Source: Ostreococcus lucimarinus (taxonomy: Eukaryota). Taken from it: DNA of 64,000 bases. Position numbers and translations under genes: made by a program. The number at the start of each line of letters is the position of its first letter. Position 1 is the stretch's first letter. Location of the stretch: assembly GCA_000092065.1 (NCBI GenBank), contig CP000593.1. One strand, written 5' to 3'. The notes under the pieces are model-generated. The model was not told the origin of the DNA. It was given only the letters and a program-made list of their open reading frames with translations, and made no database searches. Below, one piece after another: positions 1 through 9,444 of the stretch.

Positions 1-989
1 GGGTCGTCGCGGGCGTGGAACGGGTGAAAATGGACGTCGTATTCGCGCAGACGCTAGGGGTGATCGTGGTGGTCGGATTGGCGACGGCGGTGGCGCAGTC
101 CGGGGGGTTCGCGCTCGCGAGTCGGTTGCCGCCCGAGTTCGCGCAGGGCGCGATGAGCGGGCAGGCGGTGAGTGGGGTGGTGGTTTCTTTGGTGGCGCTG
201 GCGACGACTGCGTATGGTGGGGGATCAGTTTCGTCCTCGTCGTCCGCGAAAGGCGCACAGGCGTATTTTTACGTCGCCGCGGCGGTGGTGCTGGGTTGCG
301 CGGCGACGGCGGCGCGATTGGACAAGACGCCCGCATTCGAAGAGCTCACTGGGGTCGAGCGGCATCGAGATGGGCGCCGGTCGGAGATGAACGCGCTCCT
401 ACGGGATGATGACGTCGATGAGTACGACAGCGACGTCGAGGGCGCGCCGTTGAGAGCTTCCACAGGCGTGGAGGATTTCGGCGACGAGAGTCGCGATTAT
501 AGACTCGCCGTCGCGTTGACGTTTATCGCCAGCCTCTGCGCGTTTCCGGCAATCACGAGCTCAATCGAGAGCTCGCACGGCGCAATGGGAGCGTTTTGGT
601 CGCCGGTATTATTCTTACTCTTCAACTTGGGCGATTTTCTCGGCCGACATCTGGCTGGAATGTATCCCAAGACGCCGCCGAGAGGCGCGTCGTTGCGGCG
701 CGCGGCGACGCTTCGATTCGCCTTCATCCCGTTTCTCGCCGCCTGCAACGTCACCACGCCGAACTGGCGCGTGCCCACCGTGTTTGCGTCCGACTTCTTC
801 CCCTTCCTCTTCATATCCGCCCTCGCGGTGACGAATGGTTGGCTCGCGAGCGTCGCCATGATGCACGGCGCCAGCCGCGCGCCGCTCTCAAAACGTCAAG
901 CCGAGGGCGTCGTCCTCAGCTTTGCCCTCGTCGCCGGTATATTCCTCGGCACTGCATTGTCTCTGTTCATTGTATTCATATTATCTTAG
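1..989 (+). CDS. Equilibrative nucleoside transporter (ENT/SLC29 family), 5'-truncated at the window edge; C-terminal ~325 aa present
   Basis: Frame open from window start (codons from nt 3) to TAG at 987-989. Translated C-terminus matches ENT hallmarks recalled from human ENT1 (FNLGDFLGRHL vs FNIFDWLGRSL; LRFAFIPFLAACN vs ARLVFVPLLLLCN; TNGWLASVAMMHG vs SNGYLASLCMCFG) and has several hydrophobic helices. Confidence 0.75.
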   Translation, partial: VVAGVERVKMDVVFAQTLGVIVVVGLATAVAQSGGFALASRLPPEFAQGAMSGQAVSGVVVSLVALATTAYGGGSVSSSSSAKGAQAYFYVAAAVVLGCAATAARLDKTPAFEELTGVERHRDGRRSEMNALLRDDDVDEYDSDVEGAPLRASTGVEDFGDESRDYRLAVALTFIASLCAFPAITSSIESSHGAMGAFWSPVLFLLFNLGDFLGRHLAGMYPKTPPRGASLRRAATLRFAFIPFLAACNVTTPNWRVPTVFASDFFPFLFISALAVTNGWLASVAMMHGASRAPLSKRQAEGVVLSFALVAGIFLGTALSLFIVFILS

Positions 990-1006
990 CGCGGTTGCGG
1001 CCAAAT

Positions 1007-1011
1007 TGTAA
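1007..1011 (+). promoter_or_regulatory. TGTAA putative polyadenylation signal (chlorophyte UGUAA type) 18 nt after the ENT stop
   Basis: Motif ttgTGTAAtaaattgta immediately 3' of the stop. The same pentamer recurs just 3' of many other stops in this window. Confidence 0.45.
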
Positions 1012-1121
1012 TAAATTGTATTCGCGATGATTGTCAGAGACTTTTTGACCTCACGGCCGCCAAAGCAATCGCGATCGAGTCGCCGCCGCACTCGCGCGCG
1101 CGCGACGGAACTTCCCTCGAA

Positions 1122-3338
1122 ATGGGTCGGGGTCGATTTAACAAGCGTCGAGGAGGCGGTGGTCGCGGGAACGGTCCTCAAAGCGGCGCCTTCGCGCGCG
1201 ACTTCAAGCGACAAAAACGCGACGGCGGCGGCGGCATGGATGCGCGAGGTGAACGAGGGAACGCGCACGACGGCTATCACGACATCCAGAAGACGAACAA
1301 AGCGTTTGAGACGTACTACAAAGCCCAGAATATCGTCCCGGAGAGCGAGTGGGAGACGTTTTTGGACTGCATGCGGTCGCCGTTGCCGATGACGTTTAGA
1401 ATCAATGGAAGTGGAAAGTTCGCGACGGATATGCGAGACCAATTGGAGGGGACACTGTTCGCGGAATTGCTCAAAGAGGAATTGAAAGATGAGGAACAAA
1501 ATGAATTACCGCCGCCGAAGCCGTTGGCGTGGTATCCCGAGCGATTGGCGTGGCAGTGTAGTTATACGCGAGCGCAGTTGCGACGGTTGCCGGCGCTGCA
1601 AGGAATTTTCGACTTCATCAAGAACGCTAACGAGCTCGGGTCGATCTCTAGGCAAGAGGCAGTATCGATGATTCCTCCGTTTTTCTTGGATGCGCAACCG
1701 CATCATCGAATTTTGGACATGTGCGCGTCGCCGGGAAGCAAGACGTTTCAGATTTTGGAACGCATGCACGGTGATTTTGACGGCAACACCAAGCTTCCCA
1801 CCGGAATCGTCGTCGCCAATGACGTCGATTTGAAGCGTTGCAACTTACTGACGCATCAAACGAAGCGAGCGAACTCACCGACGTTACTCGTGACCAATCA
1901 TGAAGCGCAAAACTATCCCATCATCAAAGGCCCAAAGGGTGAACTCTTCGACTTTGACGCCATCCTGTGCGACGTACCGTGCTCGGGCGACGCGACGATG
2001 CGCAAGGCACCGGATATCTGGAACAGATGGACTCCTGGTAATGGTAACGGTTTGCATACCTTACAGCTTAGAATCGCTGCTCGCGGTGCTCAGCTCCTCA
2101 AGGTGGGCGGTCGTCTCGTGTACAGCACGTGCTCGCTGAATCCGATTGAAAACGAAGCTGTCGTGGCGGCGTTGTTGAAGGAATGCGATGGTGCTTTGGA
2201 GCTTCTCGATGTGAGTGACGAATTGCCAGACTTGAAGCGTAGCCCTGGATTGCGCGATTGGCAAGTGTGGGATAAGTTTGGCTATCACCCAAGCTTTCGA
2301 GGCGAGGAGCAAATGTTCAAGCTCTGCGAGACGATGTTCTCCGACGAAGAGACGAAGAAACTGCCGTTGGAGCGATGTCTGCGACTTTTGCCTCATCATC
2401 AAGACACTGGTGGATTCTTTGTCGCCGTATTCCAGAAAGTTAAGCCCATGGAGATCAAAGAAGACGTGAACGCAAAGAAGCAAACTGTGAAGGAGCGTGT
2501 TCGCCTTTCGCTCAACGTGAACGCGAAGAACGAGATCGAGATGTCACATGAGGTGATCACGTTGGCCCGCAAGGGTCAGACTGCGTCTATACCTCCGGAA
2601 GTCGACGACAAAGGCGAGTATTTGCTCCCACACAGAGGCGCGACGGGTCCGAACGGGGGCAGTCGATGGCTCGGCATCGATCCTGTGCTTCCGGTGAACG
2701 ATCCGAAGGTGATCAATAGCATCTACAGTGTCTACGGTATCGAAAGCGATGACATTGCGTTACACAAAAATTGTGTCACACGCACTGCGGACACTTCACG
2801 ACCGAAGCGTGTGTACACCATCACCGACTCCTTGCGCCAGTACTTAGCGTGCGACGTCAACGAAAGTCTTCGCGTGACGTCGTGCGGGCTCAAGGCGTTC
2901 GAGCGCCAGGAAATCAAGGATGAAGTCAAAGAACAAGAAGAAACTTCTGGTGCGATGTGTGATTTCCGTCTCACGCAAGACGGAATACCGATGATGTTCC
3001 CGTTCGTGAGAAAGCGCATCATTCGCCCGACTTTTGACGACTTTAAAGCCATCCTTGAACGTCGCACGTTGGCGTTTGAGTACAGCGCAGAGGCGCCGCA
3101 ACGCGCCGTCATCTCTTGCGCCGAAACCAAAAAAGCCTTGCTCGATCTCACTTTGGGATGCTGCATTCTCGTTCCTCGCGATGAAGATCTGGCCGCCATC
3201 AACGTCAGCAAGGCGGACCTCGCCATCGCGTGCTGGCGCGGTCGCACGTCATGCAACTTGTTGGTCTCCAAAGCCGAAACAATTCACTTCATCGATAAAA
3301 TCAAAGTCAACGCGGCGGTGAAGATGGACACGTCGTGA
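1122..3338 (+). CDS. NSUN2: NOL1/NOP2/Sun-family RNA (cytosine-5)-methyltransferase, NSUN2/Trm4-like
   Basis: 738-aa intronless ORF with an ATG start. Contains the SAM-binding motif DMCASPGSKT, the catalytic region DAILCDVPCSGDATMRK and LVYSTCSLNPIENEAVV (TC catalytic Cys), plus an N-terminal RGG-rich tail. Confidence 0.85.
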   Translation: MGRGRFNKRRGGGGRGNGPQSGAFARDFKRQKRDGGGGMDARGERGNAHDGYHDIQKTNKAFETYYKAQNIVPESEWETFLDCMRSPLPMTFRINGSGKFATDMRDQLEGTLFAELLKEELKDEEQNELPPPKPLAWYPERLAWQCSYTRAQLRRLPALQGIFDFIKNANELGSISRQEAVSMIPPFFLDAQPHHRILDMCASPGSKTFQILERMHGDFDGNTKLPTGIVVANDVDLKRCNLLTHQTKRANSPTLLVTNHEAQNYPIIKGPKGELFDFDAILCDVPCSGDATMRKAPDIWNRWTPGNGNGLHTLQLRIAARGAQLLKVGGRLVYSTCSLNPIENEAVVAALLKECDGALELLDVSDELPDLKRSPGLRDWQVWDKFGYHPSFRGEEQMFKLCETMFSDEETKKLPLERCLRLLPHHQDTGGFFVAVFQKVKPMEIKEDVNAKKQTVKERVRLSLNVNAKNEIEMSHEVITLARKGQTASIPPEVDDKGEYLLPHRGATGPNGGSRWLGIDPVLPVNDPKVINSIYSVYGIESDDIALHKNCVTRTADTSRPKRVYTITDSLRQYLACDVNESLRVTSCGLKAFERQEIKDEVKEQEETSGAMCDFRLTQDGIPMMFPFVRKRIIRPTFDDFKAILERRTLAFEYSAEAPQRAVISCAETKKALLDLTLGCCILVPRDEDLAAINVSKADLAIACWRGRTSCNLLVSKAETIHFIDKIKVNAAVKMDTS

Positions 3339-3592
3339 TCACAGCGCAGTCACGCCTAGTAGCGCCTCCGATGTGTGGGTGTCGTAATAAGTAGCTCTGT
3401 ATACTCGACGTGTGAATAGCGCCGCCCCGCACACGCGCGCGCGCACCGTCATCGCGGACGATGTCTCGCGTCCACGCGTGGCCGAAGCACACAGTGTCGT
3501 CATGCGCGTCTCCACGCGCGCGCGCGTCGACGAGCGCGCGCGCGCGGGCGTCGACGAGCGCGAAGGCGTCGACGAGCTCAAAGGACGACGAA

Positions 3593-4411
3593 ATGACTCC
3601 CGAGCGCGCGTTTCGCAGGATGTGGACCAAGGCGGACAAGTATCACACGCACGCGGTGTCGGGAACGTTATATACCGCGCTAGGGGCGGGAATGATGGGC
3701 CAGTGGGCGCTGGACGACGCGACGGCGCTGACGAGCGGTGGCGGCGCGACTCCGGGGCTGGACCCCGCGTTGACCGGCGTCGCGCTCACGCTGGCGACGG
3801 TGTGCGCGTTGAGTGGACTACCACTTTCAAAGAGCCGCGGTTGGCGGAAAACCGAGCTCAGCGCGCGATCGATCGCGTTTCAGTTCGTGTTGACGTGGGA
3901 GTGCGTTCGCTTCGCGGGCGTCGTCGATCCCGCGCTCAGAGTCCCCGGATTGGACACCCTTTGGTTGGCGTGGTTGCCATTCGTGTGGCAAACGATGACG
4001 TCGGCATACATCGTCCTGTTCACGAAGGACGACAAGCGCGCCGCGCTCGCGGTGTGGCTCGGCACGCTCGGTTTCGGAGCTCAAATTTTCCCGGCGCAGC
4101 GCGTCCTCGACGTCGCCTCCGTCGCCGCGCTCGAAGCCGCGAGACCCGGTCTCCCCACGATATGGGCTCACGGCACGTTTGGTTTGATTTGGCTCCTGAA
4201 CTGGTCCACGTTCGGCGCCTCACTTCGCGCGCGCGACGTCGTCTCGTCGGACGCCGACTACGTCCGCGCCTTTTTGACGCGTCCCAGCGCGTTTTGGTTC
4301 GCCTTATTCGCCCTCGACCTCGCCGTCGCGCGTCCGTTCGCGTCGATCGGCGATTATCTCGCCTCCGCCCTCGGCTCCGACGTCGCCGCCGCCCTCGCCT
4401 CGAGCGCGTGA
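3593..4411 (+). CDS. Hypothetical multi-pass membrane protein
   Basis: ORF 3461-4411. The first ATG that gives a balanced amino-acid composition is at 3593 (MTPERAFRRMW...). Several hydrophobic segments follow (GVALTLATVCALSGL, WLGTLGFGAQIF, FGLIWLLNW). TGTAA lies at about 4540 downstream. No family recognised. Confidence 0.4.
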   Translation: MTPERAFRRMWTKADKYHTHAVSGTLYTALGAGMMGQWALDDATALTSGGGATPGLDPALTGVALTLATVCALSGLPLSKSRGWRKTELSARSIAFQFVLTWECVRFAGVVDPALRVPGLDTLWLAWLPFVWQTMTSAYIVLFTKDDKRAALAVWLGTLGFGAQIFPAQRVLDVASVAALEAARPGLPTIWAHGTFGLIWLLNWSTFGASLRARDVVSSDADYVRAFLTRPSAFWFALFALDLAVARPFASIGDYLASALGSDVAAALASSA

Positions 4412-4479
4412 GTCCGCCTTCCCGTCCCGGCCCGGCGTCGCCGAGCGACCGACCGCCCACCGCGCCGCCGTCGGCTCGA

Positions 4480-4487
4480 AGATATTT
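4480..4487 (-). promoter_or_regulatory. Evening Element (AAATATCT) on the minus strand, about 350 bp upstream of the TOC1-like PRR start
   Basis: The plus strand reads gaAGATATTTtcaacg, and AGATATTT is the reverse complement of AAATATCT. It lies in the 425-bp spacer between the upstream gene's stop (4411) and the PRR ATG (4836). Confidence 0.45.
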
Positions 4488-4539
4488 TCAACGGGACGCA
4501 TCATTGCGGGAGATCCCTTTTGCATACCCTTCAACACGC

Positions 4540-4544
4540 GTGTA
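4540..4544 (+). promoter_or_regulatory. TGTAA putative poly(A) signal for the 3593-4411 gene; adjacent ACACGCGTGT palindrome
   Basis: The sequence caacACGCGTgTAAtacgtacattta contains a TGTAA pentamer and an MluI/MCB-like ACGCGT core in an inverted repeat. Confidence 0.35.
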
Positions 4545-4835
4545 ATACGTACATTTATCACACGTCTGCGAATATCCCGCGTTTCGCTTTTTCGCGGCGA
4601 AAAAGCGTCGTCGAAAAGATTCGCTCGAGCCCCCCCGCGCCGGGTCGCGACTCGTCGATCGCGCGTCGCGCGCGCCCCGCATTCTCAGGCACACGACGCG
4701 CGCGACGATCGACGCGGCGGCGCGATCGACGCGCGGCGCGGCGCGGCGCGGCGCGGCGCGAAAACCAGCGTCCGTCGCGTCGTCCGGACCGCGCTCGACG
4801 ACGCGACGGAGGCGCGGCGACGGGCGCGAGCGACG

Positions 4836-6590
4836 ATGCGGGACGACGACGCGATGGGCGCGACGCGACTCGCGGACGCGCTCGCGGACGCGGTCGAGGA
4901 CGCGAGCGCGAGAAACGCGGGCGGGGGGGGGGGACGCGCGGGACGCGCGCGCGCGAAGACGAATGGGAAGAGCGCGCGACCGAGGTTGAACGACGCGGGC
5001 GCGCACTTGAGAGTGCTGCTGGCGACGGACGACGCGCACACGCGAAAGATGGTGGAATCGATGCTGCGCGAGCTCGGGGTGGAGGTGGTGGCGGCGACGA
5101 ATGGGAACGAAGTCTTGGACGTCTTGCGGGGGGCGCCGAAGAGCGCGAGGGAGGACACGTCGGTGGATATGATTTTGCTCGACGTGTTGATGCCCGAACT
5201 CGACGGGGAAGTCGAACTGGTGGAGGCGTGTAAGGCGAACGAAACCCTGCGCGGGGTGCCGATCGTCATCATGTCCACCGTGGACGAGCGCAAGGCGTGC
5301 AAGACGCGATTTGAAAATTCGGGCGCCGCCGGTTTCTTGACGAAACCGGTGAACCGCATCGAGTTGAAGGAGAGCTTGGCGCACACGCGGGCGTTAAAAA
5401 GCCACGAAAGTGGTAGCGTTGAAGGTGAGGGTTCGGGTTCGGGGAACTGCATGGATCCAAACGACAACGTCGGCGGGAGCGCAAAGTCGTCGCTCACCAA
5501 GCTCACGAGCAGGGAAAAAGTCGCGGGGGGCTCGGGCGGTGGGCAAAACGATTCGGGGAGCGATAATCAATACAACGAAAAACCGCTCACGAGACGCGCC
5601 GAAGCCGAAGCGATCGATCGATGGGCCAGTCGCGAGGGTGGGTCGGGAGACTGCGGCTCGGGCGGCTCGGGTCAAGGCACGGGAAGCGGTAGCGGCTCCC
5701 ACGAAGGCTCGGGGTCGGGCCAGCGTGATCCAAACGACGGCGAAAAGTTCCGCGGCTTGAGCGTGCAACTCATCAAGGCGCACGGTGGGGCAACGACTAT
5801 GCTCGAACTCTCTTTACCAGAGCACGCGTCTGAGCACGTCGTCGTTCGACGATCAAACTCGCGTTCGGCGTTCAAGGGGTTTCAAAACTACCTTAAGAAC
5901 GAAAACAAGGATACCGCGGTGCAAATGATGAGCGTTGACTTGACGCAGCAGCATCACTCGTTTTATGAAGCGTCTTCCATGATGCCACCGTCAGATTTCG
6001 CCAAATTTTACGGACCGATTATGCCGAAGATGGAAATGCCCGTGCCGCCGCCGATGCCGCCGTACGCCGATATGAACCAATTCTCCGCCGCCGCCGCCGC
6101 CGCCGCCGCGGTGGCGGCGTCTTCGGTCGACGCTTCAGTGATGGATCAATCGTATATGGCGAATCCGTTTTTCAACGTTTTACAAACTGCGGCCGATCAC
6201 ACCCAGCAGACGAGCTCGAGCCAAGCCGCCGAGCATCGCGCCGCGGCGATTCGACGCTTTTTGAAGAAGCGCAAGGAAAGGAACTTCGAAAAGAAAGTTC
6301 TTTACCCTTCGCGACAAAAGCTCTCGGAATCCCGTCCTCGCGTTCGCGGACAGTTCACTCGAAACAACGATGAAACGACGACGACGACGACGACGACTGA
6401 AAACGTCTCAAACGGATCGGACAACAAACCAAAGTCGAACGAAACCAACGCGAGCGAGGCGAACAAGGTCGGCGAAGTCGAAGGCAAGGGAGTGGACGAG
6501 TACGGTCACGGCTCGAACGAAGGTTCGAACGAAGGTTCGAAAGAAGGCTCCCGAAGTTCTTCCGGCGCCGAAGGCGAAGGCTCCAAGTAA
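4836..6590 (+). CDS. TOC1: Pseudo-response regulator: N-terminal receiver-like domain plus C-terminal CCT motif; TOC1-like circadian clock component
   Basis: 584-aa ORF with an ATG at 4836. The receiver-like region is LRVLLATDD...MILLDVLMPELDG...TKPV. The C-terminal CCT motif RAAAIRRFLKKRKERNFEKKVLYPSRQKLSESRPRVRGQFTR is typical of PRR/CO/TOC1 proteins. Gly/Ser-rich repeats and poly-Ala and poly-Thr tracts lie between the two. Confidence 0.85.
   Translation: MRDDDAMGATRLADALADAVEDASARNAGGGGGRAGRARAKTNGKSARPRLNDAGAHLRVLLATDDAHTRKMVESMLRELGVEVVAATNGNEVLDVLRGAPKSAREDTSVDMILLDVLMPELDGEVELVEACKANETLRGVPIVIMSTVDERKACKTRFENSGAAGFLTKPVNRIELKESLAHTRALKSHESGSVEGEGSGSGNCMDPNDNVGGSAKSSLTKLTSREKVAGGSGGGQNDSGSDNQYNEKPLTRRAEAEAIDRWASREGGSGDCGSGGSGQGTGSGSGSHEGSGSGQRDPNDGEKFRGLSVQLIKAHGGATTMLELSLPEHASEHVVVRRSNSRSAFKGFQNYLKNENKDTAVQMMSVDLTQQHHSFYEASSMMPPSDFAKFYGPIMPKMEMPVPPPMPPYADMNQFSAAAAAAAAVAASSVDASVMDQSYMANPFFNVLQTAADHTQQTSSSQAAEHRAAAIRRFLKKRKERNFEKKVLYPSRQKLSESRPRVRGQFTRNNDETTTTTTTTENVSNGSDNKPKSNETNASEANKVGEVEGKGVDEYGHGSNEGSNEGSKEGSRSSSGAEGEGSK
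6085..6108 (+). repeat. (CCG)8 trinucleotide repeat encoding poly-Ala inside the PRR gene
   Basis: The stretch ccgccgccgccgccgccgccgccg translates to AAAAAAAA. Confidence 0.8.
6375..6398 (+). repeat. (ACG)7-8 trinucleotide repeat encoding poly-Thr inside the PRR gene
   Basis: The stretch acgacgacgacgacgacgacgact translates to TTTTTTTT. Confidence 0.8.
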
Positions 6591-6737
6591 AGGACACAAT
6601 TTTCTCAATACGTCTCAAGATAACAGATTAATTGTACCACACACCACACACCACCTTCCACTGGACAATTTCACATTGGCGAGATTCTACTTTTTAATAA
6701 TATGTACGAGTACACAAGCTATACACTATTTCCTACG

Positions 6738-7814
6738 CTACGCTACGAATTTCAAATACTTGTCGTCGGGGTACAAGACGATGGTGAACACGGCGCCCAT
6801 CTTTGGCGCGCATGAGTCGCGCTCAATTTTCTTTCTCGGCTCACCTGTGAGTTCGCTCGGCATGTGTGCGAAAGCCCAAACAGTGACGACGGCCCACGGT
6901 GCGAGCCCATCGTTCACGATCCTTCGCGCGATATCAATCACGCGTCGAGTATCTGGATACAACATCAAACCTCGCCAGCGACGCGTCTCGACGATGTCGC
7001 CTCGGTCGTCCTCGGCGCCCTCCATGTAGGCGTCTCCTAGACTTATGCGCCCACAAAATTCTAAAATCCGATCTAAATCATCAACATCGATGTCCTTTTC
7101 CTCGCCTCTCATCGGTGGACTCGCAGACGCGAGTAACACGGCACTTTGACTCACCAAATTGACGCGAACTTGCGACGAAGTCTTGACGCTCTCTGCGCGC
7201 CTCGCCGCCGTCACTGTGCGTGGAAACTTGACCTCCTCGTGCGCACCACTCACCATGTACGCGCACAATACCTTTGACTTTCCCGTTCGCTGCTCAAACG
7301 CCCGCGCACACGCCCCGATTCGATCGTGAAACCAATTCCCCACCTTGAACTCTTCTCGCGTCAAATTCACGCTCGCGAGCGCCTTCCCGCGCGCGTCCTC
7401 CGTCGTTTGCATCCCCAAACTTTCCTTTGCGTCCGCCATGAGCGACGCAACGAATCGTCCCTTCGGCGTCACGCAAAAACAATCGTCCGAATCTACCTCG
7501 GCGTCGATCGTCGTCAGCCCAAACGTCGCGCCCGCGTCGCGCGTCTTCGTCTTCGCCGCCGTCCACCGTCGCACGTGTTCGTGCACGAAGTGCGGGTCCA
7601 GCGCGTCCGCGATCGACATCTCCGCCTCGAAATGTGTCCCGACGATCGCATTCGCGTCGTCGTCGAGCGCGCGCGCGATCGCGTCCTCGTCGTCGCGCCG
7701 TCCTCGCGGCACCGCCACCTCGACCGATTTCGCGAGCGCGAACGTCGTCGCGAGGGCGTCGTCGACGTCGCACTTCGCGTGCGCGAACGACCGCCACTGC
7801 GCGCGCCTCGCCAT
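6738..7814 (-). CDS. Conserved hypothetical protein (about 359 aa); family not recognised
   Basis: Minus-strand ORF 6738-8150. The N-terminal 112 codons are Arg-rich low-complexity, so the start is placed at the internal ATG at 7814 (MARRAQWRSF...). The C-terminal two-thirds has balanced composition (…DLDRILEFCGRISLGDAYMEG…LYPDDKYLKFVA). The overlapping plus-strand ORFs (7326-8063, 7345-8124) are Arg/Ser-rich and judged spurious. Confidence 0.5.
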   Translation of the reverse strand: MARRAQWRSFAHAKCDVDDALATTFALAKSVEVAVPRGRRDDEDAIARALDDDANAIVGTHFEAEMSIADALDPHFVHEHVRRWTAAKTKTRDAGATFGLTTIDAEVDSDDCFCVTPKGRFVASLMADAKESLGMQTTEDARGKALASVNLTREEFKVGNWFHDRIGACARAFEQRTGKSKVLCAYMVSGAHEEVKFPRTVTAARRAESVKTSSQVRVNLVSQSAVLLASASPPMRGEEKDIDVDDLDRILEFCGRISLGDAYMEGAEDDRGDIVETRRWRGLMLYPDTRRVIDIARRIVNDGLAPWAVVTVWAFAHMPSELTGEPRKKIERDSCAPKMGAVFTIVLYPDDKYLKFVA

Positions 7815-8191
7815 CGGTGCTCGCGCCTCGCGTCCGCGTCCGCGTCGGCGTCGGCGTGTGTCGTCGCGTCGCGTCACTTCAAGCCGACGGCACAATCGAT
7901 CGAATCGTTCAATCATGACGACGCGCGAGCCGTTCGGCGAGGGCGTGCCTTTCGGCGACGTGCGTGCGATGCGACGCGACGCGACGCGATCGGGCGCGCG
8001 GACGACGCGGACGCGCGCGACGAGACTGCCGCGAATCGATGGAATTCCGAGGACGGTTACTAACCCGACGGAACGAATGAATCGACGCGACGCGACGCGC
8101 GGACGACGCGACGCGGAGGACTGACGACGGTACGAATCGATGGTCATCACAGCCGTCGTGGTACACGACGTTTAATTCGCCGTATTACACG

Positions 8192-9397
8192 ATGTCGCAC
8201 GCGAAGTTTCGAGACAAGGTGCGAGCGTTCGTGGAGCGGGACATCGCGCCGTACGTGCACGAGTGGGACGAGACGAAAACCATACCTCCAGAAGTGTACA
8301 GAGCGACGTACGCGGCTGGGATATTACCCGCGGTGGTTGGAAAACCGTGGCCGAAGGATTTGGTCCCCGAGTGCGAGGAACCGGAGCATTTTGATTACTT
8401 TCATGAGTTGATCGTCTTTGACGAATTCGCGCGGTGCGGGAGCGGCGGCGTACTTTGGGGACTACTGGAGGGCATACACATCGGTTTGCCACCAGTTTTG
8501 AACTTTGGGAGCGAAGATTTGCGACGAAGGGTAGGAGCTCCGTGCTTGCGAGGGGAAGGGATCATATGTCTGGCGATCACGGAGCCGTACGCCGGCAGCG
8601 ACGTGGCGAACATTCGGTGCGAGGCAAAGTTGGATCCGAGCGGGAAGTTTTATCGAGTGACGGGGGAGAAGAAATGGATCACGAATGGGATTTGGGCAGA
8701 TTATTTCACCGTCGCGGTGCGCACGGGTGGGCCGGGCATGGGTGGGATTTCGCTCCTAGTCATCGAGCGTTCGATGCCTGGCGTGGATTGTCGCCGCATG
8801 GACTGCATGGGCGTTTGGGCGAGCGGCACCACGTTCATCACCTTTGAAGACGTGAAAGTGCCAGTCGAGAATTTGATCGGCAAAGAAAACGAAGGCTTCA
8901 AGTATATCATGCACAACTTCAATCACGAACGTTGGGGGTTTGTGATTCAGGCGAATAGGTTTGCACGCGTGTGCTATGAGGAATCGTTCAAGTACGCGCA
9001 CCGTCGAAGAACGTTTGGTAAGAAACTCATCGAGCACCCAGTGATTCGACACAAACTCGCTGAGATGATTCGACAAGTCGAGGCGACGCATTACTTGCTA
9101 GAGACCATCACCTATCAAATGAATACCATGACGAAGGAAGAATCTTCGAAAGCGCTTGCGGGTATCACCGCGTTGGCCAAAGTGCAGAGCACCAAAGTGT
9201 TTGAATTTTGCGCCAGAGAAGCGGCTCAGGTGTTTGGTGGGGCCTCTTACGTCCGGGGAGGTCAAGGTGAAAAGATCGAGCGGCTCTACCGCGATGTTCG
9301 CGCTTATGCGATCCCGGGCGGGAGCGAGGAGATTATGCTCGATTTAGGTGTTAGACAGGCGATGAAGCAGTGGCAAGTTGCGCAATCGCGTCTCTAG
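8192..9397 (+). CDS. Acyl-CoA dehydrogenase family protein
   Basis: 401 aa with an ATG at 8192. ACAD fold signatures are present (EPYAGSDVANIRCEA, KKWITNG, and the C-terminal QVFGGASYVRGGQGEKIERLYRDVRAYAIPGGSEEIM). TGTAA lies about 10 nt after the stop. Confidence 0.85.
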   Translation: MSHAKFRDKVRAFVERDIAPYVHEWDETKTIPPEVYRATYAAGILPAVVGKPWPKDLVPECEEPEHFDYFHELIVFDEFARCGSGGVLWGLLEGIHIGLPPVLNFGSEDLRRRVGAPCLRGEGIICLAITEPYAGSDVANIRCEAKLDPSGKFYRVTGEKKWITNGIWADYFTVAVRTGGPGMGGISLLVIERSMPGVDCRRMDCMGVWASGTTFITFEDVKVPVENLIGKENEGFKYIMHNFNHERWGFVIQANRFARVCYEESFKYAHRRRTFGKKLIEHPVIRHKLAEMIRQVEATHYLLETITYQMNTMTKEESSKALAGITALAKVQSTKVFEFCAREAAQVFGGASYVRGGQGEKIERLYRDVRAYAIPGGSEEIMLDLGVRQAMKQWQVAQSRL

Positions 9398-9406
9398 CGC
9401 TGCGCT

Positions 9407-9411
9407 TGTAA
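9407..9411 (+). promoter_or_regulatory. TGTAA putative poly(A) signal after the ACAD gene
   Basis: The sequence gcgcTTGTAAtttac lies 10 nt after the TAG at 9395-9397. Confidence 0.4.
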
Positions 9412-9444
9412 TTTACTATCTTTGCTATTCCTAACATTGCTATT

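Noticed and set aside
4537-4546. ACACGCGTGT palindrome (MCB/MluI-like ACGCGT core) downstream of the 3593-4411 gene
   Set aside because: ACGCGT-containing strings are frequent in this CG-rich sequence (others were seen in introns and coding regions). A single occurrence without positional conservation is not evidence of a cell-cycle box.
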